A stretch of 64,000 nt of DNA from Eledone cirrhosa. Lineage: Eukaryota. The notes under the pieces are model-generated. The model was given only the letters and a program-made list of their open reading frames with translations, ran no database searches and was not told where the DNA came from. A program made the position numbers and the translations under genes. Below are positions 35,721 through 49,108 of the stretch, piece by piece. Where the stretch lies: assembly GCA_964016885.1 (NCBI GenBank), contig OZ024741.1, positions 367,164,001 to 367,228,000 of the forward strand, read 5' to 3'. The number at the start of each line of letters is the position of its first letter. Position 1 is the stretch's first letter.

Positions 35721-38700
35721 TACTCTTAATGAGTGCTAAATAATAGAAATTACTAAATAGAAAGGAAACTTAATTCTATGGTGTTTCTTCAAGTTTGCTC
35801 TCCTACAGCTTCATCAATTAAAAATAGCAATTTTGTCTGTGATAAATTTACAGATAGAACAATTCATAAGTGAAAAATTTCCTCAAAATATATACAAATA
35901 AGAATATAAAAATAAATAAACTAAAATAAAAATCGAAATTTGGTTCTTTTAGCATCTCCACTAACGAGTGAAAGAACTGGCAAACTATGATTATATAATG
36001 ATTTAATAGTTAAAAGAAATTTCCTTGAAGCAGACAATCTGGAATTATTAGAATTTCTCAATTTTTAAGAAATGATAGTCTTTATATGAAAGAAAAATGT
36101 TAAATGTTGGTGAGGTGACATCAAAGCAAAGAATCTAGTAATATTTAAGAAATTGCAAAAAGGAAACTACCAATTTTTAACTATTTCGTTACCATATTTC
36201 TAATGAAATACACTGTGTTTGAAATTAATAATGAAGAATTTGTAAGGATTTAAGTTATTAATTATATCATTAAGATGGTATTTGTAACATAACTTAATAA
36301 AAAGTTCTTATCAAATTATATTGGAGGATTAAAAGCAATTTAAGGAGGAACTCTTTAAAATGGGTGGCTTCGTTTCATAGAACCAGAGGCAGTTTTGGAT
36401 AGATTGAGATGGATGACAGAAAAGAGGATATTTGGTGTAGTAATGAAAGGAAGTGGTTAATACGCGCACACACACACACACACACACAATATATATATAT
36501 ATATATATACAGTGATGATGATGATGATGATTTCATTTATGTTAGGCTGTTTACCAATGGGTAGAACTGGTGGTTCAGGTTGGTAAATAATGATGCAACA
36601 AATTAAAGCACTCAATGTTATGCAAATTATCCATCATAGATGTGGTATCCAGTGGCTGGTGCAGGAATGGAGTAAAGATCATTATAAGTACCAACCTTTT
36701 AAAAATACATATTGTTGTCAATAACTAAATCCCTTCTAGATGGTACCCTAGTATGGTCTGTTTAAAGACTGAAACCACCAAAACGGTAAAAAAAATTTTT
36801 TTTTTTAAATCAAAGAATACACAAATATACTGTGGGAGCTGCTTATTGTATATATACTGTAGTTCTAGATATACAACACAGGATGGTCATGGTTGGAATG
36901 ATTGAACAGAAGTCTGCTGAATCAGAGTTGACCAAGGCTAAACAACCATAACAACCATCAACATCTCAAATCATTGAAGGAACCCTATTTGGTCACTCAA
37001 CCTGCTAGAGAGAGCAACTAAACCTTCCCTCATATCACAGCTTACTATCTTAAAAAAGGAAAGATACTTAGGGTAATGTATTTCTAGATACACTATGACA
37101 GAGAAAAAAGATGGGACAGTCACTGCTGGAATATCTTTGACCACAGGTTTGCTGGATCAGGTTTGATGTGGGGTCTAAACAATAACAAACACCAATACAT
37201 TACACTGCCTTCCTTTATTAAGTTCAATTTTTTTTTAATTGAACAAAGCAATGGTGGAGAGTGCCTCTACATGGTCACTTGATCTGCTGGAGATAGCAGC
37301 CAAATCTCCCATAAATCATTCCATACCATCTTATAAAAGAAAAGGACACATTAGATAATGTAGTCCTTACTATAAAGGATGGCTACAGTTGGAATTGAGC
37401 TAAACATTAACAATCCATATCACAACTTCAGAAATGTTACTGAAAAGAGGTGTACTACTCCTACTACTATTGCCACCACTGCCACGATATCCTAAAAAAA
37501 GTACCTTGGCAACTGTAGATAGCTATGATAACATAAATCACAACAAACTACACTCTTATATAACTGCATATCTCCTTCTTATTGTCAACAACCTAAACAT
37601 TGCTTATAACAAAACATTTGACCTCATTTGCAGAAATATTTCAACAAAGTAAAAGACTGCAGGATTTGAAGAGCATTTACAGAACCAGGTGGCGAATTAG
37701 CAAAGTTATTAGAGTCCCAATATTTTGTTGCAACTCTTTGAGGTCAAATCCTGTCACAGTCAACTTTATTTATCAACACCAAAAGGTTGAAAAGTAAAAT
37801 ATCAGCCTAGAGGTGGTGGATTGGCAAAATTGTTAATGACTCAGACAGGATGCTTTGCAATATCTGTCCTGGCTCTATGCATTCTGAGATAACATCCCAT
37901 CTCCTTTTGCCAGGAGTACAAAGTTATAAGAGCATTTGTGTTTAGGGTAATGTGGACACATACTTACAATAAGTGGAGTGAATTATTTAACATGGAGTTA
38001 CAAAGTCAAATGGTATAAGAGCGGCAATGGAAACAGTTTTCTTCCTTTGAATAGAGAGTTCCTGATTTTCTTGACCCCTTAACATCCTCTACTACCTGAA
38101 ACATTATTAGCAATGTATTCTTGAAATGTATAAAACAGCACTACTATTGCATCATATTTAAAATCAAAGTCTTTATTCTAATATTGCAAATTTTCACATT
38201 GATCTGTCCACTAGCAAAGAGAGTATAAGTATTTAAATTAAAAACCCATTTTTTTAGATATGTTTTCATCAAAAGTGTACAGAGAGCAAGACCACTTAGC
38301 TACAGAGTATAGAAAGTGTAGAGAATATCATTTAGTCAAGGTATTGACAGTGTACAGAGAATGACATCATTTAGCCATAATTGTACAGAAAATGTGCACA
38401 GAATAACATTTAGTCAAAAATGTATAGAAAACTATTAAGACTAAAGCATATATACAGAAATGTGTACAGAAAATGACATCATATAGCCAATAGTGTACAG
38501 AAAATGACAGCATTTAGACCAAATTGTACAGAAAATGACAGCATTTAGACGAAAGTGTATGAATGACATAAGACTAAAATATAGAGAAATATAGAGAAAG
38601 CATACAAAGAACATCATTTAGCCTGGAGTATATAGAAAATGACATCCAACAGAGCATATGAGGATAAGATAAGAAGTCATAGATTAAAATACAAGCATAA

Positions 38701-39025
38701 AAGATTCTTTGAGACCAAAAATATATAGAAGTGTGAAGTCTTTTAAAAATATATCTAAAAATAAATATTTTTAAAAAATGGCTCTAAAATATATTGCCAT
38801 GTGCTTTAAAGATGAGAAATCTTTAGTGAGAAATACTGATGACAGCAGAGAGAAGAAGTAATTGTAAAGAACTGGTGCTAAAATGAAGTGGATTCTGACC
38901 CAATTCCCAGATTTGATAAGTATTTTCGCTTTTTTATTTTATTTCTTATGTTTTACTTAAGAGATTGATGATGAAAGATGACTAGTCAAAAAGGTTTTCC
39001 TTCCACTTCTTTGCAACACACCAAA

Positions 39026-39098
<73 letters not shown>

Positions 39099-39436
39099 CT
39101 TGTTAGATAATTAGTTTTAGTACTTCCTCTAACAAAGCAAACATTTAGAATCACTTAATTGAATATGGGCAGGTTTAAATTGAGCAGGAAAAGAAATTAA
39201 GTAAAATATGATCTATATATGTACATACGAATATATGTGTGTGTGTATATGTGTATATGTATATATATATATATGTGTGTGTGTATATATATATATATAT
39301 ATGTGTGTGCATGTGTATATATATATATGTGTGTGTGTGAGTGTGTGTGTATATATATATATATATATATGTGTGTGTGCATGTGAGTGTGTGTTTATAT
39401 ATATATTTATTCACACACACACATATATGTATATAT
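39026..39436. repeat. (CA)n and (TA)n(TG)n microsatellites
   Basis: Direct reading (39026-39096; 39214-39436). Confidence 0.9.
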
Positions 39437-41572
39437 TATTAGTACAGATTAAAAGTTTAAGAATTAATTACTGCTTTCACCCAAAGCAAGATGTTCTGAA
39501 ATTGAGAAAAATTAATCTGTAGACGCAGAAGTAAATATTTAAAAAAAGTTACAACCAAATATTGCCTTTAGAAAACAGGAAGACATAATAGTAGTATGTA
39601 AAGATTCTCTCTCTATCTCCCTCTCTCTCATTCTTGTCTCTCTCTCTCTGTCTGTTCCTATGCATTCTCAAATGGCTCGACCAAATCAAATCAAATATTA
39701 CACCACGTCACATTTTGTATCCAAGTGTGTGGGTATTTGCGAGTTCATTACATATGTTAGGCCTCAGAGAATTAAACACATCTACACATACATATAGCCT
39801 TAGTAAGTTGCATACACATTATCTTCACACAGACAATTAAGCACATACACACACATCTATACATATGGGCAACGCCAGGTAATTTAGTTAGTGAATATAT
39901 ATATATATAAACTGGTTAAATTTTTGTTCCTGGTTGATATTATTTAATGTAATTTCCTTAACTATGAACATTAAAAAGGCACAAACCTTACAACATTAAA
40001 AACACACGGAGGAAGAAAAGATCAATGCTATTGATGTTCTGTTTAAATTGTTGCATGTCCAATCCTTTGGGAAAGACATGAGCAAGGAGGGTGTTCCAGA
40101 GAGCTGGTGGTTACTCAAAAGAAACCAGTCTTTTCAACATTAGAAACAGCAGCTAAACCTCCCTCAAATCATACCATGCCATCTTAAAATGGAAGAAGGG
40201 TGATGTGTGTCCAGGTCAATATAGTCTTGAGTTCAAATCTCACTGAGGTTAACTTTGCCTTTCATCCTTATGGGGTCGATAAAATAAATTATGCACTGCA
40301 GTAATTGCTGGCCTTGTGTCAAAAGTAGAAACAATTATTTCATAAACAAAAATATAATGGTCATTACTGGAACACCTGAGATCATAGGTCTGCTCAATCA
40401 TGGCTGACATGGGCTAAAGCAAAAACAACTCAGAAATAGTAAAACAAAACTTTTTTTCTCATTAACATTTAGTCAGGAGAATGAGCAGTGCCTCTGACTT
40501 TTCTGGATCTCTAATACTAAAAGGAGGGAGGAAGGGATCCTGAAACTGGAGACTGGGCATAAATGCTTGCAATAGAGTGAACTCTTCTAAAGACACCCTA
40601 GGACCAGGTGGGTGTCTTAAATCCCCCATGGGATTATCCTTATCTAGTACTTTAACAATTCTGCCAATCTACAATCCTGAAATGGTTCTATATTTCATCT
40701 AACCCCAATGGATGAAAGTCACACAAGAGTCAGGTGGTGGTGTTGAACTGGGTGATGGATAATGTATACCACCCAAGTAGGCCAATGTAAGGTAAGACAC
40801 CTTAAATGTCAAGTGATGCTTATCCTTTGTACCATGTTAACTCTTAACTCTTTGATACCAAATCACCTGAAACTGCCCATGGTCCTATGTTACAAAACTG
40901 CATTAAAGTGTTTCATCTAAAAGAAAAAATTCCAGCATAATTTTATGCAAGAACCTTTGTTAAGTTATGTTCCAAAGACCAACGAATTATTGAGAAAGTT
41001 AGTTACTAACTAAAATCGTCTAAATTCTTGATTATATACAAAATGATATCATAGGGTGTGTCATTTATTATTAACAGGTAAATGAAAGGGTTAACATCAC
41101 CATGTTGAGTTCATAGCTCAGTATATACAGCTGCAATTATATGCCACAGGATAGGTAAATTTCTCCCCACCAAGAGGGGACAACAAACAACTGGAGTATA
41201 TGTTATTACGAAATTGTCAAACCAAATGTCCTTTTCTGTTATAGAGTATAGAGTACTGTTCAGTCTAACCAAGGACATGACTACTTCTCTCCAGCTGGTG
41301 TTATGATAAAATAATTTGTAAATTGTAACTGATATTGGAATTTAAACAAACATGAACATTTGTGCAAACATGAAACGCAGGCTAATGTGAATAGATCTTT
41401 AAATTGTATGAAACCTAAAACACAATATGTTTGGTAACAGATATAATAAGCCTTAGATGACACCTTCTTGGGTCAACATGTCAAAACTTGAATTTCTCTG
41501 ACCCACAACATATCCAATGTTAATAGAGATTTATTTATCTATATATTGTAATTGATACCTAGCTCAACAATA

Positions 41573-41679
41573 TACAAGGTGTCACAAAAGTCACCTGGGT
41601 GTTTAAGATAATTAATTACTAATAAACATGCCTGATATTTCATTTTCAAATACCTAGGTGACTTTTGAAACATTCTGTA
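41573..41679. mobile_element. Tiny Tc1/mariner-like MITE
   Basis: TA-flanked inverted repeats tacaaggtgtcacaaaagtcacctgggt ... acctaggtgacttttgaaacattctgta. Confidence 0.6.
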
Positions 41680-42374
41680 TGTTGTTGAAACTCCATTTTT
41701 TTTATTATGAATACTCTAGTTCACAGGTTCTCAGTCCCTCGAAATCACGAAACGCCCCCCTACCCTATTTTCCCATTTTTCAATATACTACTGATTTTGA
41801 TATCAGTAGATTACTAAAAAATTGATTAACAATATTCCAAAGATACCATTGCAGGCAGCTGAGAGTATAAATACATTCCTTGAAAGGAAATATATAAATT
41901 TAAAAATGTTCTTTTTATAAATGTTCTTTTTATAAATGTTCTTTTTTATGAATAAGGACCAGTTGAATGTTATATTCCCACCAGGCGATACCAGCCATTT
42001 TGAACATTTATACAAGAGCAACTCTGTCTATCCCAAGTGTGCTCTTATCTGGAAGAAAGTGGCAATTATATCATTTCAAAGCTTTCCAATTTTCCCTTTC
42101 ATGAAACAGACAGAATAAATGTTGATATCTAACTTGATGTCCCCTCTGCTTTGTGAGCTTAGAGACCATGGAAGAGGGTTTTCATGACCATATAAGAGGG
42201 TATATTTATTAGTAAATGGTAAAATATATACAACAAATGAGTAAGTGAATTGTAGTAGATGGTTTCCAGTCCAGTCAGACTGCAACTACAAATAAAAAAA
42301 TTGTTAGTTTGCTTTGTAACAATAGCATATCCAAGTTTTCGGATAAATCAACTTACTTTAACTTTGACCTCATT

Positions 42375-43434
42375 TCAATATAACCCTTGAGCTTCATGGA
42401 GTCTAGCTAACTCTTTGACGTGAGGCTGAATTATCGTAAGATGTAGCCAGAGATCTCCACATGTAATTACATTGTAGCGGTTGTGAGCCTTACTGTGCAG
42501 TCTGGAAACAGCACCAAACCTCCTCTCAACTAAATATGAGCTTGGAATAGGCAGAGCTAATCTCTTAGCCTCTGCATGTAGGAGTGTAAATCGACGCTGA
42601 ATTTCCTCTTGTATCCAAAAAAGGGGTTCACCTATTTTGGGAAATCTAATTTTGATCATGTCATCTACTTGAAGTTCAATGAATTCTTCCTGAAATTTAA
42701 CGTCCAAATCGGCGATGTTAGCTATGAAGGGATCTGCTATCCACATTGGGATGTCCATCAGCAAAAGGTCGACAAACCGTTCTCTCATGTTGTCTTGTAG
42801 CACACGGAGGTGAGTGGTATAAATTTGGAGTTGGTCATCGCTCACAATGTTTTGAACATTGGCGACACTAGGAAAATTATAGAATTCCCATCTACAAAGA
42901 TTCCTTTCGATGACATTCAATTTGGCCAGGAATGTTTTCAGAGCATTCCTTGCTTTAAGCAAGGTGATCTTCTTCCCATGCAAAGCCATAATAACACTAT
43001 TGCATTTGTCAAAGATGTCGGTGAGGTAGGCGCAGTCTTGCTTCACATTGAGGATTTTCTTGTACAGTTCTGTGTTGCGTCCTCGCAGAAACTCAATGGT
43101 AGAGTCGAACAGTTCAAAGAAGTGTAAGGCACTTGCCCTTTGAAAGCCACCTCACTTCAGTATGAAGGAGCAACTTGACGAATTCTTCGTCATTATCTTG
43201 GCACAGTTGCTGGAAAATTTGTTCATTGAGGGAATGGTGTTTGATAAAATTGATGATAACAATGGCCACCTGCAAGGACTTGCTCAGCAGCTTGCTGAGT
43301 TTCTTCACAGCCAAGTGTTGTCGATGAATGACACAATGAACAGCAAATACAGATAGATTTTCTCTCTTCAGAAGAGTGACGAAACCCTTATGTTGGCCGA
43401 TCATTGCTCTTGCGTCGTCCGTAGCACGATACAA
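42375..43434 (-). pseudogene. hAT (Buster) transposase pseudogene, N-terminally deleted and frameshifted
   Basis: ORFs 43114..43434 (TDDARAMIG, HCVIHRQHL, LLHTEVRWLSKG) and 42375..43046 (AYLTDIF, SSYLVERRF). Confidence 0.9.
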
Positions 43435-43722
43435 TGTGTGTTGTATGTGGTCTTAGATGTATGTATTACCTGCCTGTGTGTTGTATGTAGTCCTAGATGT
43501 ATGTATTACCTGCTTATGTATTGCATGTGGTCCTAGCTCTATGTATTACCTGCTTGTGTGTTGTATGTGGCCCTAGATGTGTGTATTACCTCCTTATGTG
43601 TTGTATGTGGTCCTAGATGTTTGTATTACCTGATTATGTGTTGCATGTGGTCCTAGATGTGTGTGTATTACCTGCTTATGTGTTGTATGTGGTCCTAGAT
43701 GTGTGTGCTACCCGCTTCTGTG
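43435..43722. repeat. ~39-41-bp minisatellite, ~7 copies, inside the hAT element
   Basis: Unit approx. TGTGTTGTATGTGGTCCTAGATGTATGTATTACCTGCTTA. Confidence 0.88.
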
Positions 43723-44814
43723 TTTTTTCTTTTCTTTTTTATTTGTAATATCATTTATACAATAGGGAATAAAGTAGATCTATATAGTGTTAACTCGTTA
43801 CGGTTGAGTCAATAATTTATATGATTCTAACTGGCTGCGTTCAAAGTGTCCTTTTCTATTTTTAGGATCTCAATTGTCGGTTAATGTCTAGACACACCTG
43901 CACACCTGCGGTCAGACCATAGTTATGCTGTCTGCATACTCATTCAAATGCATTCACACTGGCTGTCTCAGCGACATACAAATATGGCTTATAAAACTTA
44001 CCAAAGTAAAGAGCCTTCCAGTGCCCCCCAAAGCTCCAAACGCCCCCCCCCCCCCCTGGAGTTCCGAAACGCCCCCCGGGGGTGCATATGTCCCCCGTTG
44101 AGAACCTTTGCTCTAGTTGATTCTATCAACAGAACTGCCCGCTCATGAAATTAACATGTAAGTGACTGAGCATTCCACAGACGTGCACCCTTAATCTAAT
44201 TCTCACATGTGACAAAATGTTTGATATGGCTGGCATCTTGAATTACAGGTACAACTCCTTTTTGCCAGTTGAGTGAATTGAAGCAACATGAAATAAAGTG
44301 TCTTGCTGGAATTAAACTCATGACCTTACAATCATGAACCCAGCACCCTAACCCCACTGCCATATGCTTTTATAAATGTATATATAAGAACTGTTCACTA
44401 AGACAAGCACTGCAACACAAAGTATTTCTCACTAAAAGATGAGAAACCAAAGGCTATACAGTTTGGCAATCAAATGGAAATAATGTAGGTTTTCACCCAA
44501 CATATGACAACCTCTGTAGAGTCAGTGCCATGATTAAATGCACCTGGTCCAATCTGTAAAGTGATAGTGCTTGTGTAATGAAAAATACATCCAAGACACC
44601 TTGTTAGGAAGGGCAACCAGCTGTAGAAACCATGCCAAATATGTAACATAACAAGCAAGATTGGTTGTTCTGACAATCTGGTCTAAGATCATTCACAACC
44701 CATCCAATGAATGCCATCATGAAAAGCAGACATAAAATGATTATACTTATACATTGCATGAGTAGAAGTAGAAGGACGTGTTTTTCCTGCCAGTGGCATA
44801 TCACAAAATCAAAT

Positions 44815-44904
44815 TTCATCTGAGGATACCGTTCTCATAACAACAACAAATGCATGAATTACATCTTGATTGCATGAGAGAACCGTTGAAATAATTATAA
44901 TGAA
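44815..44904 (+). ncRNA. Type I hammerhead ribozyme-like motif with long loop II
   Basis: TTCAT-CTGAGGA-T-ACCGTTCTC...GAGAACCGT-T-GAA-ATAATTAT-A-ATGAA: stem I TTCAT/ATGAA, 8/9-bp stem II, palindromic stem III, AUA triplet. Confidence 0.55.
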
Positions 44905-44968
44905 TAAACAATTTATGTAACATCAGCATCTTTATTAATGTTATTATTATTGTTATAATATATACATA

Positions 44969-45161
44969 GGGCGGTCAATTGGCAGTATCGGTAGAGGGTC
45001 GGACACCATGCTTTGACGCATAGAGTTACGGCCCTTGCCATTCTGAATTCAAATCCCGTCGAGGTTAACTTTGCCTTTCATCCTTACGGGGTCGATAAAA
45101 TAAAGTACCAGTAATATACTGTGTAATTGCTGGCCTTGTGCCAAAAGTAGAAACAATTATT
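44969..45161 (+). mobile_element. Nin/Deu-type SINE
   Basis: Full head-to-tail match to 58285-58478. Confidence 0.88.
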
Positions 45162-45167
45162 ATAATC

Positions 45168-45511
45168 ATCATTCATCATCATTTCATTTTACGTCCACTT
45201 TTTCCCTGCTTGCAAGTGTGGGACGGGAACTGATTTTGGCTTGATTTCTACAACTGGATGCCCTTCCTAACACCAACCTCATTTACAGTGAGTGGTGGTG
45301 GCTTTTTTGCTGTGGCACCTCCACGACCACTTTGCAGTGGAATGATAGGGACCCCACACCCTATCATCTCATTTCTACAGCTGAGTAAACTGGAGCAATG
45401 TGAAATAAAGTGTCTTGCTCAAGGAAACAACACATCACCCGGTCTGAGAATTGAACTAACAACCTTTCGATTGCAAGGCCAATACTCTAACCACTAAGCC
45501 ATGTGCCTCCA
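45168..45511 (-). mobile_element. CORE-type SINE with RTE tail
   Basis: Matches 18419-18742; tail-to-tail with the preceding SINE. Confidence 0.9.
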
Positions 45512-45514
45512 TGT

Positions 45515-45629
45515 ACATGTATATATATATCTATATACATATATATATATATATATACATACATATATATATATATATAAAACACATACACACACATATA
45601 TACATATACACACACATACACACAAACAC

Positions 45630-45667
<38 letters not shown>

Positions 45668-45833
45668 AAATATATACATATACATACACATACACACAAA
45701 CACATATGTATATATATATATATATATATACATAAACAAATATATACATATACATACATACACACACATATATATATATATACACACACACATATATATA
45801 TACACATATATAAGGAAAAAGCACCATACATAC

Positions 45834-45884
<51 letters not shown>

Positions 45885-45992
45885 GAGAGAGAGAGAGAGA
45901 AACAGAGAGAGAGAGAGAGAGAGATACACCATTCATACATATATACATATATATATACATACACACATATACATATATATATACATACACAC

Positions 45993-46043
<51 letters not shown>

Positions 46044-46088
46044 TACATACACACATACACATACATACACAAAAACATACACACATAT

Positions 46089-46145
<57 letters not shown>

Positions 46146-46199
46146 CATAAATATATATATATATATACATATATATATACATATATATATATATACATA

Positions 46200-46239
<40 letters not shown>

Positions 46240-46342
46240 CATAAATATATATATATATAAAAATATACACACATATACACATACATATACACACATATAT
46301 ATATATATACATACAAACATACATACAAACATACATATATAC

Positions 46343-46373
<31 letters not shown>

Positions 46374-46406
46374 CATATATACACACATATATACATATAC
46401 ACACAT

Positions 46407-46440
<34 letters not shown>

Positions 46441-46627
46441 ACATACACACACACACATATATACACACACACATATACACATATATATACACACACACAC
46501 AGACATGCATATGTATAAATATATATATATATATATATATCCATATATATACAAATATACACATACATACACAGACCTATACATAAATATACACATATAT
46601 ACAGACATATAACGCATATATACACAC

Positions 46628-46662
<35 letters not shown>

Positions 46663-46720
46663 CACGCATACACACATACACACAAATATATATACACACT
46701 CTCTCTCACGCACATAAATG

Positions 46721-46758
<38 letters not shown>

Positions 46759-46777
46759 TATACATATATATATATAC

Positions 46778-46830
<53 letters not shown>

Positions 46831-46844
46831 TATACACACCTGCC

Positions 46845-46890
<46 letters not shown>

Positions 46891-46893
46891 AAT

Positions 46894-46958
<65 letters not shown>

Positions 46959-47240
46959 CATACATACATATACACATATACACATACATACATACATACA
47001 TACATACATACATACATACATACACATACATACACATATATATATACATATATATATATACACATATATATACACACATATATACATACACATACATACA
47101 TAAATATACACACATAAAACACATATACACACAAACATATATATATATATACACATACACATACATATACACACATACAAACAAATATATACACATACAA
47201 ATAAATAAGTACTCAATAAATATACGCATATACGCAGGCA
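45515..47240. repeat. TA/CA/GA-rich compound microsatellite, ~1.7 kb
   Basis: Direct reading. Confidence 0.95.
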
Positions 47241-48106
47241 CATAAAAACACCTCTACAGGCATAAAATGTAGATACGAAAGAGGTACTCACATAACCATA
47301 GTGGCCGTATTTCAGGTTGAGGAGGGGTGGGGGTAGAGTGGGGAGGAGGTATAGGGGCCAATAGGGGGAGGTGGTTTTTAGCCATCGGGCTTTAACACTG
47401 GCTTAAAGTGTTTGAAAGTTGCAAAGTTCTTGTGTGCATGCAGTTCGGGCAGTGTTCAGAGAGTTTGTTCAGTAGCGGGCCCGTGGCGAATAAAATTTCG
47501 TAGCTCTCTGAAATACAAAGGTCGCAGCCCTTGTGTCCTCCGTTGTAAGAGCGCGCTTTCTGGAGTATTTTCCATTTAAGCGTGAAGGGGGTGGAGTTCC
47601 TTTTGAGGTCCCAAACGTAGGAGGCGAGTGTTGTCTGATTTGATTTATCCGGTCTTCTGAAGGAGTGGGTATGGGCATACCAACGGGTCTTAAAGTTGTT
47701 GGAGGTCATGCCGATGTAAGTTTTTTTGCAATCCTCGGTGCCTGAGATGACATCGCATTTGTATACGATATCATTTGTGAGGCATTTGTTTTCAAGTGGG
47801 CATGCTTCCTTATTTAGGCAATTACATAGAGCCCCAGTCCGGGGATTGGTTTCGGAGGTGGTTGGCTTATTTAATTTTTTAGAATTGTGGTTGGCTATAT
47901 TCCTAGCTAGGTTAGGTGTGGTGGAGTAAGACAGTCTTATTGTGTTCTTATTAAAGATGGTGTAGTACCTATGTTGTATGGGGAAGTGTAATTTCAGTAA
48001 AGTGAAGAAAATCCTAGCTATTGGAGTAGATACCTCTCTATTGAAGGGAGGGTTGTACCAGCTAATCTGCCTATGTCTATTCCTCCTCTGCAATCTTGCG
48101 GTGGTT
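47240..48106 (-). mobile_element. Penelope-like retroelement 3' fragment (Naiad-like; RT thumb, Cys-rich linker, GIY-YIG endonuclease), 5'-truncated
   Basis: ORF 47392..48093 is uninterrupted: WYNPPF, IFNKNTIRLSYS, CNC....CPL..KC, IVYKC...YIGMT..FKTRW..H..SF, CDLCISE, LNK; bounded by TA microsatellite on both sides. Confidence 0.88.
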
Positions 48107-48163
<57 letters not shown>

Positions 48164-48348
48164 CTGTATATGTATGTATATATATCTATGTGTATTTGTG
48201 TGTATATGTATACACATGTATATTTGTGTTTGTATGTATGTGTGTGAGTGTATTTATATGTGTATATATGTGTGTGTGTGTGTCTGTGTGTATATATGTA
48301 TGTGTGTGTGTATGTATGTATATATGTGTGTGTGTATGTATGTATATA

Positions 48349-48397
<49 letters not shown>

Positions 48398-48540
48398 ATG
48401 TGTGTATGTATATGTATGTATATAAATATATTATATATATGTGTGTGTGTTTTTGTGTGTATATGTGTATGTGTATGTGTGTTTATGGTTGCGCGTGAGT
48501 GTGTGAGTGAGTATGTTTTTTTGTGAATGTGTGTGTTGAT
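48107..48540. repeat. (TA)n/(TG)n microsatellite
   Basis: Direct reading. Confidence 0.93.
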
Positions 48541-48977
48541 TTTTGGCATATAGTTGATTAGTTTAAGAGAAGTTCGAAGATAATTGTAAGATATGCACTC
48601 AGTATTTTGAATCTGTCTAAAGAATTCTCTAAACCTTTGTCACTTAGTAGAACCTTAATGATTTTAGCTTTTAAAGAATCTCCATTTTCTTTAATTCTAT
48701 CGACCATGACTGACCCCCCACTGATCTTATAGACATCTGTTAGCTTAAGAGAAACTTAATGACAAGGAATGGTATGCCATCCGGAACCTGTTTATAGAAT
48801 TCTGTCTGCCCTTGTTACTCTAAAAACATAAATAAATAAAAATAAACTATAGCTTTGTAGAATTAGCTTTTAATGAATTCCCTTTTCTATCAACCAATGA
48901 CCTACACCCATCCCACTCCCCACCCTCTCCTACCACTTGTAGAGACCTATAAATACCATTTTTATTTTTTGATACCC

Positions 48978-49028
48978 AGATTCCTGATGTTTTCTAAAGA
49001 ATGAAACAGTTCTAGTCCTGTAGAATCT
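48978..49028 (+). ncRNA. Type I hammerhead ribozyme-like motif with one core substitution
   Basis: AGATTC-CTGATGT-TTTCTAAAGAAT-GAA-ACAG-TTCTAGTC-CTGT-A-GAATCT: 6-bp stem I, 4-bp stem III, GUA triplet; core reads CUGAUGU instead of CUGAUGA. Confidence 0.65.
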
Positions 49029-49108
49029 CATCTATATTAAAACTTTTATACTCTGCTATGTATTGAGTACCTTACTGTGGTTACCTCCGATTCAACCCGG
49101 AATAACGT

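Larger units (their letters stand above)
41722..44110 (-). mobile_element. hAT DNA transposon, Buster/Charlie type (SCAND3/ZBED8-like transposase remnant), both ends present
   Basis: TIRs CACAGGTTCTCA / TGAGAACCTTTG; exact 8-bp TSD CTCTAGTT (41714-41721, 44111-44118) with the central TA typical of Buster elements. Confidence 0.92.

Noticed and set aside
37968-38095. AG...GTAAGT-bounded minus-strand segment as candidate plastin 5' exon
   Set aside because: Stops in the frames examined and no plastin similarity; a UTR exon cannot be supported without transcripts.
38330-38660. Degenerate ~30-bp repeat (TGTACAGAAAATGACATCATTTAG); small duplications at 9388-9457, 16219-16274 and 20338-20408
   Set aside because: Ordinary decayed tandem duplications with no further structure seen.
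38836-38900. Other CTGANGA matches (38836; reverse-strand 21433, 29411, 33005, 61538)
   Set aside because: No correctly placed GAAA with closing stems I-III; chance heptamers.
47240-47392. Possible SECIS element for a Naiad selenoprotein
   Set aside because: No in-frame UGA in the retained ORF and no clear UGA/GA quartet with apical AA on the element strand.
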